DNA of 63,620 bases from Polyangiales bacterium. Its GTDB lineage: Bacteria; Myxococcota_A; Polyangia; Polyangiales; JADJQN01. This document shows, in pieces, positions 9,921 to 20,384 of this stretch; position 1 is the first letter of the stretch; every line of letters begins with the position of its first letter. Under the pieces are notes generated by a model. That model was given only the letters and a program-made list of their open reading frames with translations. It had not been told where the DNA came from and ran no database searches. The stretch spans positions 1 through 63,620 of the forward strand of contig CAXNJO010000017.1 in NCBI GenBank assembly GCA_964202905.1, in the 5' to 3' direction. The translations under genes were made by a program, and so were the position numbers.

Positions 9921-9992
9921 GACCGCAAGCGCTTCACCGTGACCGACGACGGCATGGTGGTGATCCCCAAGCGGGCGCGGCTCAAGGGCTGA
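9921..9992 (+). pseudogene. glgC: 3'-terminal fragment of glucose-1-phosphate adenylyltransferase
   Basis: DRKRFTVTDDGMVVIPKRARLKG* resembles the GlgC C-terminus (DxxRFxVxxxGxVVIPK). Confidence 0.6.
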
Positions 9993-10073
9993 GAGGTCTC
10001 AACCCGCTCACGCCACCAGCCGTCGGCCGCGCCCTCCGAGGGGAGTTCCAGCCCACGCCGTCAGCTGTCGTCC

Positions 10074-10691
10074 CTACTCCTTCGCTGTGGACTCGGTCGC
10101 ACCCCCGATGGCTCGCTCATCGTCGGTGATCGCCGCGGCGTCCGAGACGCGCAAGCCCGTCGCGGTGGCGCGCGCACCACGGGCGGCATCGATCTGCGCG
10201 GCGAGCGCGGCGGGGTCGTTGGCGGGGAACAGCAGGCGCTTCGTGGCGCCCGCGTCGGTCCAGGAGAGCAGCACCGAGCCGCGGTCGGCGAAGAGGACCC
10301 AACCCGCACCCGTAGCGACGGTGGGTCCGCCGGTAACGGACTTCGCCTCGCAGGCGGTGATCGCGGCGACGCGGATGCGGTGGTCGGAGAGGCCCCACCG
10401 GACGGTCACCTCGTCGCGGGTGACGGCGGTGCGCACCACCATGCGGGTGAGCAGCGTGTACACCGCCCCAAGGAAGGCTCCGAAGGGGAGGATGGCGGCG
10501 AGGCGTGGCGCGGCCGGGTCGGCCCCCGAGGCGACCGCGATCGCGGCGAGCAGCGCGATGAGCCCACCCGGGATCATCAGCGCCGCCGCCGTGCGGGCGA
10601 CGTGCTTGTCGCGGTGCTGCGCGCGGGCGTCGTCGACCATGGCGCGCTCCTGCGCGTCGGTGGCGGTGGTGCGGGTGCCGGTGTCGCTCAT
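10074..10691 (-). CDS. Membrane protein with two TM helices and a bacterial PH-like domain
   Basis: Two hydrophobic segments then VTRDEVTVRWG...I..AAI and LLFPANDPAALAAQI. Confidence 0.6.
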   Translation of the reverse strand: MSDTGTRTTATDAQERAMVDDARAQHRDKHVARTAAALMIPGGLIALLAAIAVASGADPAAPRLAAILPFGAFLGAVYTLLTRMVVRTAVTRDEVTVRWGLSDHRIRVAAITACEAKSVTGGPTVATGAGWVLFADRGSVLLSWTDAGATKRLLFPANDPAALAAQIDAARGARATATGLRVSDAAAITDDERAIGGATESTAKE

Positions 10692-10730
10692 GGCTCGCGA
10701 TGAGATCGTCGCTGGGGGCATCGGGTCAAG

Positions 10731-11075
10731 GCGTATAGCCCATCCGATCGCCCCTTCGGTCGTGCTCCGTGACGCTGCATCTTCTCCGAACGCTACGCGA
10801 GCGCGCCGCGGAGCACAATCTCGACGTCAATGCTGCTCTGCCGGAGGCGCGTCGACGTGCCTCGAGCGCCCACTTTCAGCGCATGTTCGCGCAGCGAACG
10901 CACGTCTCCCTGACCGCGCTGTGCGCAGCCGCTCGGCTCACCGTGCTCTCCGCTCAACCGAACACGAGCCGCAGCTGCCCGTGCGCGGACGCTCGCGGCT
11001 CGGCGTCGGGCGGCGCTCTCGGATAGCCGCGCTCGCTGAGCACGCGCGCTATCTCGCCGGGCTTCTTCGCGATCT
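10731..11075 (-). mobile_element. IS91/ISCR oriIS end plus transposase tail (345 bp), truncated by IS3
   Basis: Matches 25652-25996; outside flank reads CTTG on the minus strand, a known IS91 target tetramer. Confidence 0.9.
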
Positions 11076-11120
11076 TGAGCTTGCCCCGCTTCGGTGGACA
11101 TCTCGGAAGAGGTGGGCACG

Positions 11121-11456
11121 ATGGCGAAGATGGCAGAGAGCGGGTCAGGGAAGTCGGGCAAGGCACGTCGCGCGCGGCGTAGTTTCAGCGACGAGTTCAA
11201 GGCCGGGGCGGTCGCCCTGGTGCTCAAGGAAGGCGGCACCGTCACGCAGGTCGCGAAGAATCTCGACCTCACGGACTCGGCGCTGCGAGGCTGGGTGGAG
11301 CGGACGCGAGCCGACGCCGGCAAGGGCAAGCCCGGCGTGCTGACGAGCGACGAGCGCGAGGAACTCACGCGCCTCCGACGCGAGAACCGTGTTCTCCGCG
11401 AGGAGCGCGAGATCTTAAAAAAAGCCGCGGCCTTCTTCGCCAAGGAACGGACGTGA
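11121..11456 (+). CDS. IS3 transposase OrfA
   Basis: HTH RRSFSDEFKAGAV...EREILKKAAAFFAKE; A7G slippery motif near 11417-11425. Confidence 0.9.
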   Translation: MAKMAESGSGKSGKARRARRSFSDEFKAGAVALVLKEGGTVTQVAKNLDLTDSALRGWVERTRADAGKGKPGVLTSDEREELTRLRRENRVLREEREILKKAAAFFAKERT

Positions 11457-12322
11457 GGTTCGCGTTCGTCGAGGCGGAGAAGGAGACCCACGCGGTCACC
11501 ATGCTGTGCCGCGCCGTGAACGTCTCGCGAGCCGGCTACTACGCGTGGCAGGCGCGCACGGAGTCGGAGCGCGCCAAGCGCGACGCGCAGCTGCGGGTGC
11601 TGGTGCAGGCGGCGCACGTGAAAAGCCGACGCACCTACGGGAGCCCTCGAGTCTTCGCGGAGCTGGTCGAGGGCGGCGAGCGCGTCAGCCGCAAGCGCGT
11701 CGCTCGGCTCATGCGCGAGCAAGGCCTCGTGGCACGGCAGCGCAAGCGCTACCGCGTCCACGTCGTCCCGGAGAACGAGCAGCCCGTGGCCGCGAACGTT
11801 CTCGCCCGCGAGTTCGAGGCCGACGCGCCGAACCAGCGGTGGGTCGGGGACACGACCGAGCTGACGACACCGGGCGGCAGACTCTTCCTCGCTGCGCTGC
11901 TCGACCTTCATTCGCGCCTCGTCGTCGGTTGGGCGACGAGCGCGGTGAACGACCGTCACCTCGTGATGAGGGCGCTTCGTGCGGCGCTGCAGCATCGACG
12001 GCCGCACGGCGGCCTGCTGCACCACAGCGACCAGGGAAGCCCGTACGCCAGCGGCGATTATCAACGACTGCTGCGCCACAACGGGCTGACGTGCAGCATG
12101 AGTCGCCGTGGGAACTGCTACGACAACGCGGTGATGGAGAGCTTCTTCTCCACCGTGAAGTTCGAGCTCGGCGAACGCTTCGACTCGCACGCGGACGCGA
12201 AGACGAAGTTGTTCGATTACATCGAGGTCTTCTACAACCAGGAGCGCAGGCACTCGGCGCTGGGCAACATGAGCCCCGCGCGCTTCGAGCGCATGCCCGC
12301 GAAGCAGGCAGCAGCGAGCTAG
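11453..12322 (+). CDS. IS3 transposase OrfB (DDE/rve)
   Basis: YGSPRV, WVGDTT, HHSDQGSPY, NCYDNAVMESFF. Confidence 0.95.
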   Translation: MRFAFVEAEKETHAVTMLCRAVNVSRAGYYAWQARTESERAKRDAQLRVLVQAAHVKSRRTYGSPRVFAELVEGGERVSRKRVARLMREQGLVARQRKRYRVHVVPENEQPVAANVLAREFEADAPNQRWVGDTTELTTPGGRLFLAALLDLHSRLVVGWATSAVNDRHLVMRALRAALQHRRPHGGLLHHSDQGSPYASGDYQRLLRHNGLTCSMSRRGNCYDNAVMESFFSTVKFELGERFDSHADAKTKLFDYIEVFYNQERRHSALGNMSPARFERMPAKQAAAS

Positions 12323-12376
12323 GCAACCTGTCTACTGAACCGGGGCAAGCTCAAACCAGATTGGGAGGACGCCAGG

Positions 12377-12979
12377 ATGAGCAAGCGAACGTTTTATCGA
12401 CCGAGGACTTCGGATCGCGTCTCAGCGGCAACGGCGTTTGCCCTCTTGCTGGCGGGGTGCACCGGAAGCAACGCGCCTGCGGTCGATCGCGCCACTGGCG
12501 CACTTGGGGAGGCGCCGCTTCCCAGCGACGATGTACCGCCTGGTACCGTGGACTCTGCCCGCGTAGATCGCGCCGACGACGCACTGCTGCTTGTACTTGA
12601 GGGGACCGACGACCCTGAGGCGCGACTCGCCGCTCGATTCTCGCAGTTCGAGACGGCGTCGGCCGAAGTTCAGCGCGATGCCGACTTGGACCTCAGTTCG
12701 GTGACAGCGACCGGGGCTGCGCTGCGTGCTCGCCTCCTCGATTCGCCCGAAGCGCGCCGAGACGGCGAGGAAGCGGATCGCGCGCGTGCGCTCCGTGGCG
12801 ACGTTTTCGTGCCCACGGCAGCGGATCGTGCGTCGTTCGAGATGGTGCTAGCCGGCATAGATGAGCGAGCTGCGGAGCGAGAGCGCGCCCCCGCGCCGCG
12901 AGAGCTTCGAACTCCCGAAGGCGTTTCGACCACTACTGTCATGCCCACCGCTGAGGAGCTTCGTCATGGCGCGCGCTAA
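12377..12979 (+). CDS. Hypothetical lipoprotein, first gene of the protease operon
   Basis: GGAGG RBS, LLAGC lipobox, overlaps next gene start. Confidence 0.65.
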   Translation: MSKRTFYRPRTSDRVSAATAFALLLAGCTGSNAPAVDRATGALGEAPLPSDDVPPGTVDSARVDRADDALLLVLEGTDDPEARLAARFSQFETASAEVQRDADLDLSSVTATGAALRARLLDSPEARRDGEEADRARALRGDVFVPTAADRASFEMVLAGIDERAAERERAPAPRELRTPEGVSTTTVMPTAEELRHGAR

Positions 12980-13885
12980 ATGCACTCTCGCGGTACGTCT
13001 CGGAGCCTTTGTTGCGCTTGGGTTGGCGCTGCTCACGTCGACTGAAGTCGCCGAAGCGCAGGTGTTCGTTCAGCCTGACCCCATCGGCACACCCATAGGA
13101 CTCTTCCTCACGCCGGTCCTCACCAACGGCGCGTGCTACGAGATCGAGACCTCCAACTTGTCGGCGAACGCCGACCCCGTCATGAGCATTCGCGACGGTC
13201 AGAACGATCTCGCGAATACACTTGCTGGCGCCGACTCTTGCTCGGGCAACGTGCGTCCGGCGTGTACGCGGTTCTGCCCCGTACAATCACGCGCGTACTA
13301 CGTTTGGGTTCGGTCGTACAATGTCGTGACTCGCGGAACCGCGGACGTGCGCATCCAGCAGATGGCAGGGCCTACGGGCGGCACCCCTGGCGCCGGGATC
13401 TGCCCGCCGGGGTCCCCGGTGAGCTTCGGTTGCTGGACCAACATGGTGACCAATCTGAGCTTTGGCGGGATGATTCGAAACGAAGCCTTCCCAACGGGCC
13501 AGCTTCAGTTCGAGACGGGCGAAATGCCTGGCTCGCAGACGAGCACGGGCAATGTGAGCTCGCACATCATCGTTTTCGCGGGCGAGAACGACAACACCGC
13601 TCTGAACTGGAAGATCGCCTCCAGCGCGCACCCGCCACTGCTCGGCTCTGGCGCCCCGGCGTCTCATCGTAACGGCGTCCTCCGGACTGCGCAGTACAGT
13701 GGATTGCGACCTTCGCAAGTCCCGAGCGGGGCGACGTATGTGGCGATCGCCGGGCCCTTCGGAGGCAGTGGCCCGTATCGATTCATGCGCAACGACTTTG
13801 TTTTCGACACGGCCGAGCGCGCAGGTGTAGATGCTGACCTCGACAAGATCGGCGTGAACCTCCCCCCGTTCTGCGGACAGTTTGA

Positions 13886-14761
13886 CTATGCAGCCCGCCC
13901 TTGAATCTGACTCATCAATTCGAACTCGATAGGACTCATGTACCCGAGATGCGAGTGACGACGTCGCGTGTTGTAGAAGTTGTCGATGTAATCGCCGATC
14001 GCGACGGTCGCCGCGTCGTGCGACGTGTAGATGTGCTCGCCGACGAGCTCGGTCTTCAAGGTGCTGAAGAAGCTCTCGGCGACGGCGTTGTCCCAGCAGT
14101 CCCCCTTCCGGCTCATGCTCGCGATCATGGCGAAGCGCTCGAGCTCGGCGCGGTAGTCGGCGCTGGCGTAGGGGCTTCCGCGATCGGAGTGCTGCACGAG
14201 GCCCGCTGGTGGCCGCCTCGTCGTGATCGCGTCGCGGAGCGCGTCGAGCGCCAGGAAGCGGTCGTTCGTCGCGCTCGTCGCCCAGCCGACGACGCGGCGC
14301 GAGAACAAGTCGAGCATCACGGCGAGGAACAGCCAGCCGCTGCGCGTCCAGATGCACGTCACGTCGGTGACCCAGGTGTCGTTCTTCTCGTCGGTGACGA
14401 AGTTGCGATCGACGACGTTCGGCGCGATCGGGTCACCGTGCTTCGAGTCGGTCGTCGCGCGGAAGCGCTTCTTGGCCCGCGCCACGAGGCAGTCTTCGCG
14501 CATGATCTTCGCGACGGTCTTCTCGCTCACGATCACGCCGTCGGCCTGCAGCTCGGCGCGGACGCGAGGACTCCCATAGGTTCGTCGGCTCGCCTCGAAG
14601 GCCTCGCGCACCTTCGCGCGCAGCTCGGTGTTGCGGGCCTTCCGCTTCGACACGGGCAGCGCCTTCCATCTGTAGAAGCCGCTCGTCGAGACGCGGAGCA
14701 CGCAGCACATCACGGTCACGGGGTAGGCCACCGTCCACGCGAGGATGAACGCGTACTTCAC
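13886..14761 (-). CDS. IS3 transposase OrfB
   Basis: YGSPRV, WVTDVT, HSDRGSPY, DCWDNAVAESFF. Confidence 0.95.
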   Translation of the reverse strand: MKYAFILAWTVAYPVTVMCCVLRVSTSGFYRWKALPVSKRKARNTELRAKVREAFEASRRTYGSPRVRAELQADGVIVSEKTVAKIMREDCLVARAKKRFRATTDSKHGDPIAPNVVDRNFVTDEKNDTWVTDVTCIWTRSGWLFLAVMLDLFSRRVVGWATSATNDRFLALDALRDAITTRRPPAGLVQHSDRGSPYASADYRAELERFAMIASMSRKGDCWDNAVAESFFSTLKTELVGEHIYTSHDAATVAIGDYIDNFYNTRRRHSHLGYMSPIEFELMSQIQGRAA

Positions 14762-15072
14762 GCGTTCTCCTTGGCGAAGAAGGTGGCCGCCGCTTTTAGG
14801 ATTTCGCGTTCCATTCGGAGCTGCTTGTTCTCTCGCCGCAGCCGCGCCAGCTCGGCCCGCTCTTCGGTCATCAGCACCGTAGGGCTTCCGACGCCTGCGT
14901 CTGCCTCAGCTCGCCGCACCCACTCGCGCAGCGTCGTCTCCGTGAGGTCGAGGTCCTTCGCCACCTGCGTCGCGGACTTCCCGCTCACGACCAGCCGCAC
15001 CGCGTCTGCTCGAAACTCCGGCGTGAACGATCGCTTTGCTCGCCGGCCTGTCTTCAGCTTCTTCATGGACAC
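14758..15072 (-). CDS. IS3 transposase OrfA
   Basis: RSFTPEFRADAV...MEREILKAAATFFAKE. Confidence 0.9.
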   Translation of the reverse strand: MSMKKLKTGRRAKRSFTPEFRADAVRLVVSGKSATQVAKDLDLTETTLREWVRRAEADAGVGSPTVLMTEERAELARLRRENKQLRMEREILKAAATFFAKENA

Positions 15073-15085
15073 TCCTCGCGCATCT

Positions 15086-15165
15086 TCGCGCTACCCGGGG
15101 TGTCCGCAAACCGGGGGGAAGCTCATCGCGCTACCCGGGGTGTCCGCAAACCGGGGGGAAGCTCA
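15086..15165. repeat. Exact 2 x 40-bp tandem duplication of an IS3 end
   Basis: tcgcgctacccggggtgtccgcaaaccggggggaagctca at 15086-15125 and 15126-15165. Confidence 0.95.
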
Positions 15166-16028
15166 GCGCGGAGTTGGAGATCCTGTGGAACTCGTGCGAT
15201 TCCGCCGCCACCCCGAACAGTAGCGGAATGAGTTGCGCAGCGCTGCCGTCTTGCAATGCGTCGATGACCACGCGTGCGCTGATGTCCGCGGCGTGCAAAC
15301 AGTCGATGCGCGATTCCGACCAAGACGGCCTGCGAGACGACATCGAACTCTATGGCGTGCCGCTGTTCGACACGGTCGGAAATCCAGTCAACGGAGGGTG
15401 GTTGGCGCGGTACGGCGCGCTCCCCGGGCACTACGATGTCTTCGTCGAGGTCGACTATCGGGGCACTCCCTTCGGAGGCGTGTGCACCTCCCCGGTTGCG
15501 CCGCTCACTCGGCAACAAGTCCTCGCGATGGCGTCGCAGCATGCGTTCGCCACGAGCATCACGTTCCCTAATCGCAACGGTGTCGAGGGCATCAGCACGC
15601 ACTACGACGTCGGCCCGGGGAGTGGAATGCTCCCGACTGACACCGTGGGTGGCGACTGGGGCGGCTCGAACTGCTACGTCGACAACCCCCCGTGTACCTC
15701 GGACGCAAGTTGCGGCGGCGCGGCGGGGTCGTGCTGCACGTCGCCTTCTGGCTGCGGCGCTGGAGGTGCGATCCTGCAGAATACTTGCATCACCATGGAC
15801 GCGCGTAGCGTCTACATGAGCAAGGCGCGCCGTTGGCTCTTCTTCGCCCTCGGCGACATCAACGGCGGCGGCGGCGGCGGTGGCTCGCCGGTCCTGGGCC
15901 TCCAGGGCTACGGTGGCGGCGCCGCAGCGATCGTCCATGAACTCGGTCACCAGGGCGGGCTCGAACACGGTATCCGTTGCACGACCACCGTCATGGCGCG
16001 GTGACGTTGGCGCGCGAAGCTCTGGCGC

Positions 16029-16331
16029 ATGGCGGATGCGAAGACGTGGTCGAAGCGTGTGTCGGTATGGCGATCGAGCGGTGAGACGGCCGCTGTGTTC
16101 GCGTCGAAGGGCGACTTTGCACCGAGCACGTTGAAGTACTGGGCCTGGCGCTTGAAGCGGGGGGAGACCGCACTGGTGCGCGTCGTTCGGGAAGTCGAGC
16201 CAGCGGTCGCGCAGTGTGAGAGCCCGATCGAGATCGAAGTCGGTGGTCTACGGGTGCTGGTCCGCGCCGGCTTCGATGGCGCGGCGCTCGGGCAAGTGCT
16301 CGAGGTCGTGCGGGTGGGGCACGCGCGGTGA
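16029..16331 (+). CDS. tnpA: IS66 TnpA
   Basis: WRSSGET...STLKYWAWRL...IEIEVGG..V.V..GFD. Confidence 0.85.
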   Translation: MADAKTWSKRVSVWRSSGETAAVFASKGDFAPSTLKYWAWRLKRGETALVRVVREVEPAVAQCESPIEIEVGGLRVLVRAGFDGAALGQVLEVVRVGHAR

Positions 16332-16657
16332 TTCCGCGCGGCGTCGACATCTATCTCGGTATCGAGCCCATCGATCTCCGCTGGGGCTTCGACCGACTCT
16401 GCGGCGTGATCTCGGATCGCATCGGTCGACGTCCGCGCAGCGGTGCCGTGTTCGTATTCTTCGGGCGACGTCGGCATGCGATGAAGGTCTTCTACTTCGA
16501 CGGCACGGGGCTGTGCATCTTCTACAAGAGGCTCGACCGCGGGACGTTCAAGCTGCCGCTCTCGCACGATGGCGAGTCCCGCACTGTGGTGCTCAGCGAG
16601 CGCGAGATCGACGACCTCTTCGCGGGTCTCGATCTCGAACTGCCGACGCGGCACTGA
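16328..16657 (+). CDS. tnpB: IS66 accessory protein TnpB
   Basis: PIDLRWGFDRL...VFVFFGRRR..MKVFYFDGTG...YKRLDRGTF. Confidence 0.9.
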   Translation: MIPRGVDIYLGIEPIDLRWGFDRLCGVISDRIGRRPRSGAVFVFFGRRRHAMKVFYFDGTGLCIFYKRLDRGTFKLPLSHDGESRTVVLSEREIDDLFAGLDLELPTRH

Positions 16658-16690
16658 CCGCGAAACGCCCTTTGTTGCAGGCGTGATCCT

Positions 16691-18526
16691 GTGAGGACGG
16701 ACACACCTCTAACAGGCATTCTCACGAGGAGAGTATATCTTCCGGTCGTGCTCTCGTACGAGCAACTGACGGAGCAGAATCGGACGCTCGCGGCGTTGCT
16801 CGCCGCCGAGAGAGACCGAGTGCGCGCCGAGCGCGAGAAGCGCGAAGTGGCCGAAGAGCAGCACGCGCTCGCGGCGCGTTTGCTCGAAGAGCTGCGCAAG
16901 TCGTACGCCATCCTCCAGCAGCAGCACGAGCTGCTCCGTCGCCGCATCTTCGAGGCAAAGGCCGAGCGCATCGACCCGACGCAGCTCGAGCTCGAGTTCG
17001 CGCAGACGCAAGCGGCGCTCGACGATCTCCAGAAGCAACTCGAGCGCGCTGCGGCTACTGGGTCGGATATCGATCCGCCACCGGCGCCCGCGCCAAGCAA
17101 GCGCAAGCCGACGGGTCGCCGCAACCTCGACGAGTCGACGCTGCCGATCGAGCGCGTGGAGATCGACGACCCCGCGATGGAACTCTTGGTCGCGAGCGGT
17201 GAGGCGGAGGTCGTCGGTGCAGATGAGAGCTCGACGCTCAAGCACCGCCGCGGCGCGATGATTCGTTTGGTGGTCTCCAAGAAGACTTACCGACTGAAGA
17301 AGTCGGATACTGGCGCGGAGACGACGCTGGTCACGGCGGAAGCGCCGCGCACGATCATCGAGCGCTCGATTGGGACACCATCGCTCTACGCGAACATCGC
17401 TGTCGAGAAGTTCGATCGAGCGATGCCGCTCTTTCGCCAGGAAGAGCGCTTCGCGCTCGCGGGCGCGCCTGTCGATCGAAGTGTGATGTCACGTTGGCTC
17501 GAGCAGCTTGGCGCGACGCTCGGCGCGACCGTCCTGCGCGTCATGCGCGACGAGGCATTCCGCACTGCCATGTGTCTGTCGACCGACGCGACAGGCATCC
17601 TCATCCAGCAAGGCCGCGACCCCGCGACGAAAGCTCGACGCCCGTGCAAGAAGGGGCACTACTTCGTTCAGATCGCCGACCGCGACGCGGTCTTCTTCGA
17701 GTACACCGAGAAGGAGACGAGCGCCGTCGTACTCTCGATGTTCCGCGGCTTCAGTGGCTATGTGCAGGCCGATGCCAAGAGCGTCTACGACATCTTGTTT
17801 CGCGAGCCGGATGAGCCGCCGGAAGACGGCGAACTGCCGGATGAAGGCCGGCGCTACGAGGTCGGGTGTTGGGCACACACCCGCCGATATTTCTTCGAGG
17901 CCGCCGCGGTCGCGAAGGAGAACACGGCCAAGGAAGCGCTGCTTCGGATTCGGCGCTTGTTCGGCATGGACAGCAAGTGGCGCGATGATCCGCCATCGAA
18001 ACGCAAGCTCATGCGTGAGCAATTCCTCAAGCCTGAACTCCTACTCTTCTTCGATTTCGTCCGCGTCGAGTACGCGAAGGTCGAGCACCATCGCGGCCTG
18101 CTCCGATCGGCGCTCGGCTACGCCGTGAGGCAGCAAGCTGCGCTCATGCGCTTCCTCGAAGACGGCCGCTTGAAAATGGACAACAACGCTTCCGAGCGCG
18201 CACTCCGCAGAGTAGCAGTCGGCCGCAAGAACTGGCTCTTCGTCGGCAGCGACGATCATGCGGTATCTACCGCAAACCTACTCTCGATGATCGCCAGCGC
18301 GAAGCTACACGACCTCGATCCCGAGCAGTACCTCAGAGACATCTTCCGCGTGCTCCCGCACTGGCCCGCAGACCGCTACCTCGAGCTCGCGCCCAAGTAC
18401 TGGCTCGCCACGAGGGAACGCCTCGACGCCGCGCAGCTTGATGCCGAGATCGGGCCGCTCACCGTGCCGGCCGTCGTCGCAATGCCGCCCGCGCGCACCG
18501 TCGCTGGCGAGCCCGACGCCAGCTGA
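16691..18526 (+). CDS. tnpC: IS66 DDE transposase TnpC
   Basis: Coiled-coil N-terminus, STDATG, GYVQADA, GCWAHTRRYF, MDNNASERALR..AVGRKNWLF. Confidence 0.95.
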   Translation: MRTDTPLTGILTRRVYLPVVLSYEQLTEQNRTLAALLAAERDRVRAEREKREVAEEQHALAARLLEELRKSYAILQQQHELLRRRIFEAKAERIDPTQLELEFAQTQAALDDLQKQLERAAATGSDIDPPPAPAPSKRKPTGRRNLDESTLPIERVEIDDPAMELLVASGEAEVVGADESSTLKHRRGAMIRLVVSKKTYRLKKSDTGAETTLVTAEAPRTIIERSIGTPSLYANIAVEKFDRAMPLFRQEERFALAGAPVDRSVMSRWLEQLGATLGATVLRVMRDEAFRTAMCLSTDATGILIQQGRDPATKARRPCKKGHYFVQIADRDAVFFEYTEKETSAVVLSMFRGFSGYVQADAKSVYDILFREPDEPPEDGELPDEGRRYEVGCWAHTRRYFFEAAAVAKENTAKEALLRIRRLFGMDSKWRDDPPSKRKLMREQFLKPELLLFFDFVRVEYAKVEHHRGLLRSALGYAVRQQAALMRFLEDGRLKMDNNASERALRRVAVGRKNWLFVGSDDHAVSTANLLSMIASAKLHDLDPEQYLRDIFRVLPHWPADRYLELAPKYWLATRERLDAAQLDAEIGPLTVPAVVAMPPARTVAGEPDAS

Positions 18527-20384
18527 CGGAGCCGCCCCCGGCACCGTGCCACATCGCGGAGACGCCGTGGCCACGGTGGTCGTGCAACGGATACCGAACA
18601 CGGTGGGCCGCTGGGCACCGGGATGGCAGCGCTAGCAAATCTCGCAGTGCACCGGCCGTCCATCATGAACTATCTGTACTCATACGTGGCCGGGACCATG
18701 TTCACTACCCCCTATCCCAACGGCGGTACGGACACTCCCACCCGGATCACGTTCTCCAGCGGTTCGCAGCCGTCTTTGCGGCCCCTCGCACTTCCGGAGT
18801 CCATCCCGCTAGGAGCCGCCGCGGACTACGATCTCATCCGCAGGACGTCCGTTTTCATCGACGATCTCCCGCCGTTGGGCGCGCGACAGCGAGTCGTGAC
18901 GACCCCAGGCGCTCAATCCATCGACTTCAATGAGGACGACCAGGTCACGCCTGCCGGCCAAACTGTCGAAGGCCGAGCCGGCGGGGGTACCGAACGTCTC
19001 GGACGAGCCGTCATCGAAAACTTCAGCGCTGGCCGGTTCGTGTCCGAGGGCGGGCCCGAGATCCTGCAGGTCGGCGCGACCATGTTCCGCCTCCGGGTGG
19101 CGACCATCGACAACCTGGGCGCGACGCCGTTCCTTTGGCAATCGAGCGGAACGAGCTTTGTTTGTAGTGAGAATCCGCTCCCGGGATTGGGCGAGCGCTT
19201 CCCAGCGTGCCCGTTCGTCACGACACCCGACACCACCCTCGCGACCGGAGTCGACTCCCCAGTCGCCGTCGCGGCCGACACAGCCGTCAATAGTACGACT
19301 CCCTACGGCGTCGTCGTCTGGCGAACTGCGACGGGCAAGCTCTCGCACGGCCGACTGGCAAGCAACGGTACGTGGGTCTCCAACGGCCAGATTCCTGCGA
19401 TCCCGGCGCTCGCCACGTTGAGTTCCGGAACGGGCTTCCCGTCCGTGGCGCGAATCGGCGGCTCTCCGGAAAAAATGCTGCTCATGTTTCGCACTGCAAG
19501 CGGCGCACTGCATGAGCGTGTGGGAACGTGGCCGGCCGCAGGAGTCATTGACTGGGCGCCCGCTGTCGAGATCATGCCTAGCACCGCTGGCGTCCTCGGC
19601 TCCCCGACGTTGACCACACTCGAAAATACCTCGCTTGGTGCCAACGGCGTGCTCATGATGACAGCGCGAAACGTCGCCGGGGTCTTCACCTGGGAGTTCC
19701 GCGTTCGCGTCGCAACCGGCGCTACAAGCGGTAGCTGGACTCTGGTCGCGAGTCTACCAGAGCCTGGTCACGGGACGTGGGGCCGCCCTGTGATCGAGGT
19801 AAGGCCGTTCCGGATTGGCACCACCGCGAGTGTAGACCGCCTGATTCTCTCGTGGCGGTCAACGCTTGCGGGAACGCCGCTGGACTCATTTACCCGCATG
19901 TCGCCTCGTGGGACGCTGCTGCCAATCGCGGGCAATCAGTGGACGACCGCCAATCCACTCGTGGACTTGGTGGAGCCGACCGCGCATGCTACGGAGATGC
20001 ATCTGGATACGCGGTTCCCGCTGCGGGGCCTTCGTGGAAGCTGGACGTCAGTCGTGAAGTGCGACGGCTCCACCGTGTGTCCCAGCGGCTCCACGTGCAT
20101 GCCGATCGCAAACGGAAGCTCGGTCCCCACCGTTAGCGCTTGCACCACGCCCACGGGGCTGATTCGAGCCACCGAGCGGTTGACTCCCGGAGCCGACGGC
20201 GTTCAGCCGATTACAGAGCCCGACTTTAACGAGTGGCCCATGATGCGCACTGGATACTGCTTCACTCTGAGGCAGGAAGGTTCCACGGCGGGGGCCACGC
20301 TCCTCGGGCAAGCGTACACGGGACGGGGCTGGGCACCTGCCGCGTATAACGAAAGCAGCGCGTCCTGCGCGCCTCCTCCGATCT

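Larger units (their letters stand above)
11076..12353 (+). mobile_element. IS3-family element A, copy 1 (1278 bp)
   Basis: TG...CA ends, 25-bp imperfect IR TGAGCTTGCCCCG(C/G)TTC(G/A)GT(G/A)GACA, orfA/orfB; no target duplication. Confidence 0.95.
13855..15165 (-). mobile_element. IS3-family element B with duplicated terminal 40 bp
   Basis: IR tgaacctccccccgttctgcggaca / tgtccgcaaaccggggggaagctca; 3-bp TSD GCG (13852-54, 15166-68). Confidence 0.95.
15970..18594 (+). mobile_element. IS66-family element (2625 bp)
   Basis: 22-bp perfect IR GTATCCGTTGCACGACCACCGT; 8-bp TSD CGAACACG (15962-69, 18595-602); three ORFs. Confidence 0.95.

Noticed and set aside
16328..16657. 'TnpB' as an RNA-guided nuclease
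   Set aside because: This is the short IS66 accessory TnpB, unrelated to the IS200/IS605 RuvC TnpB.
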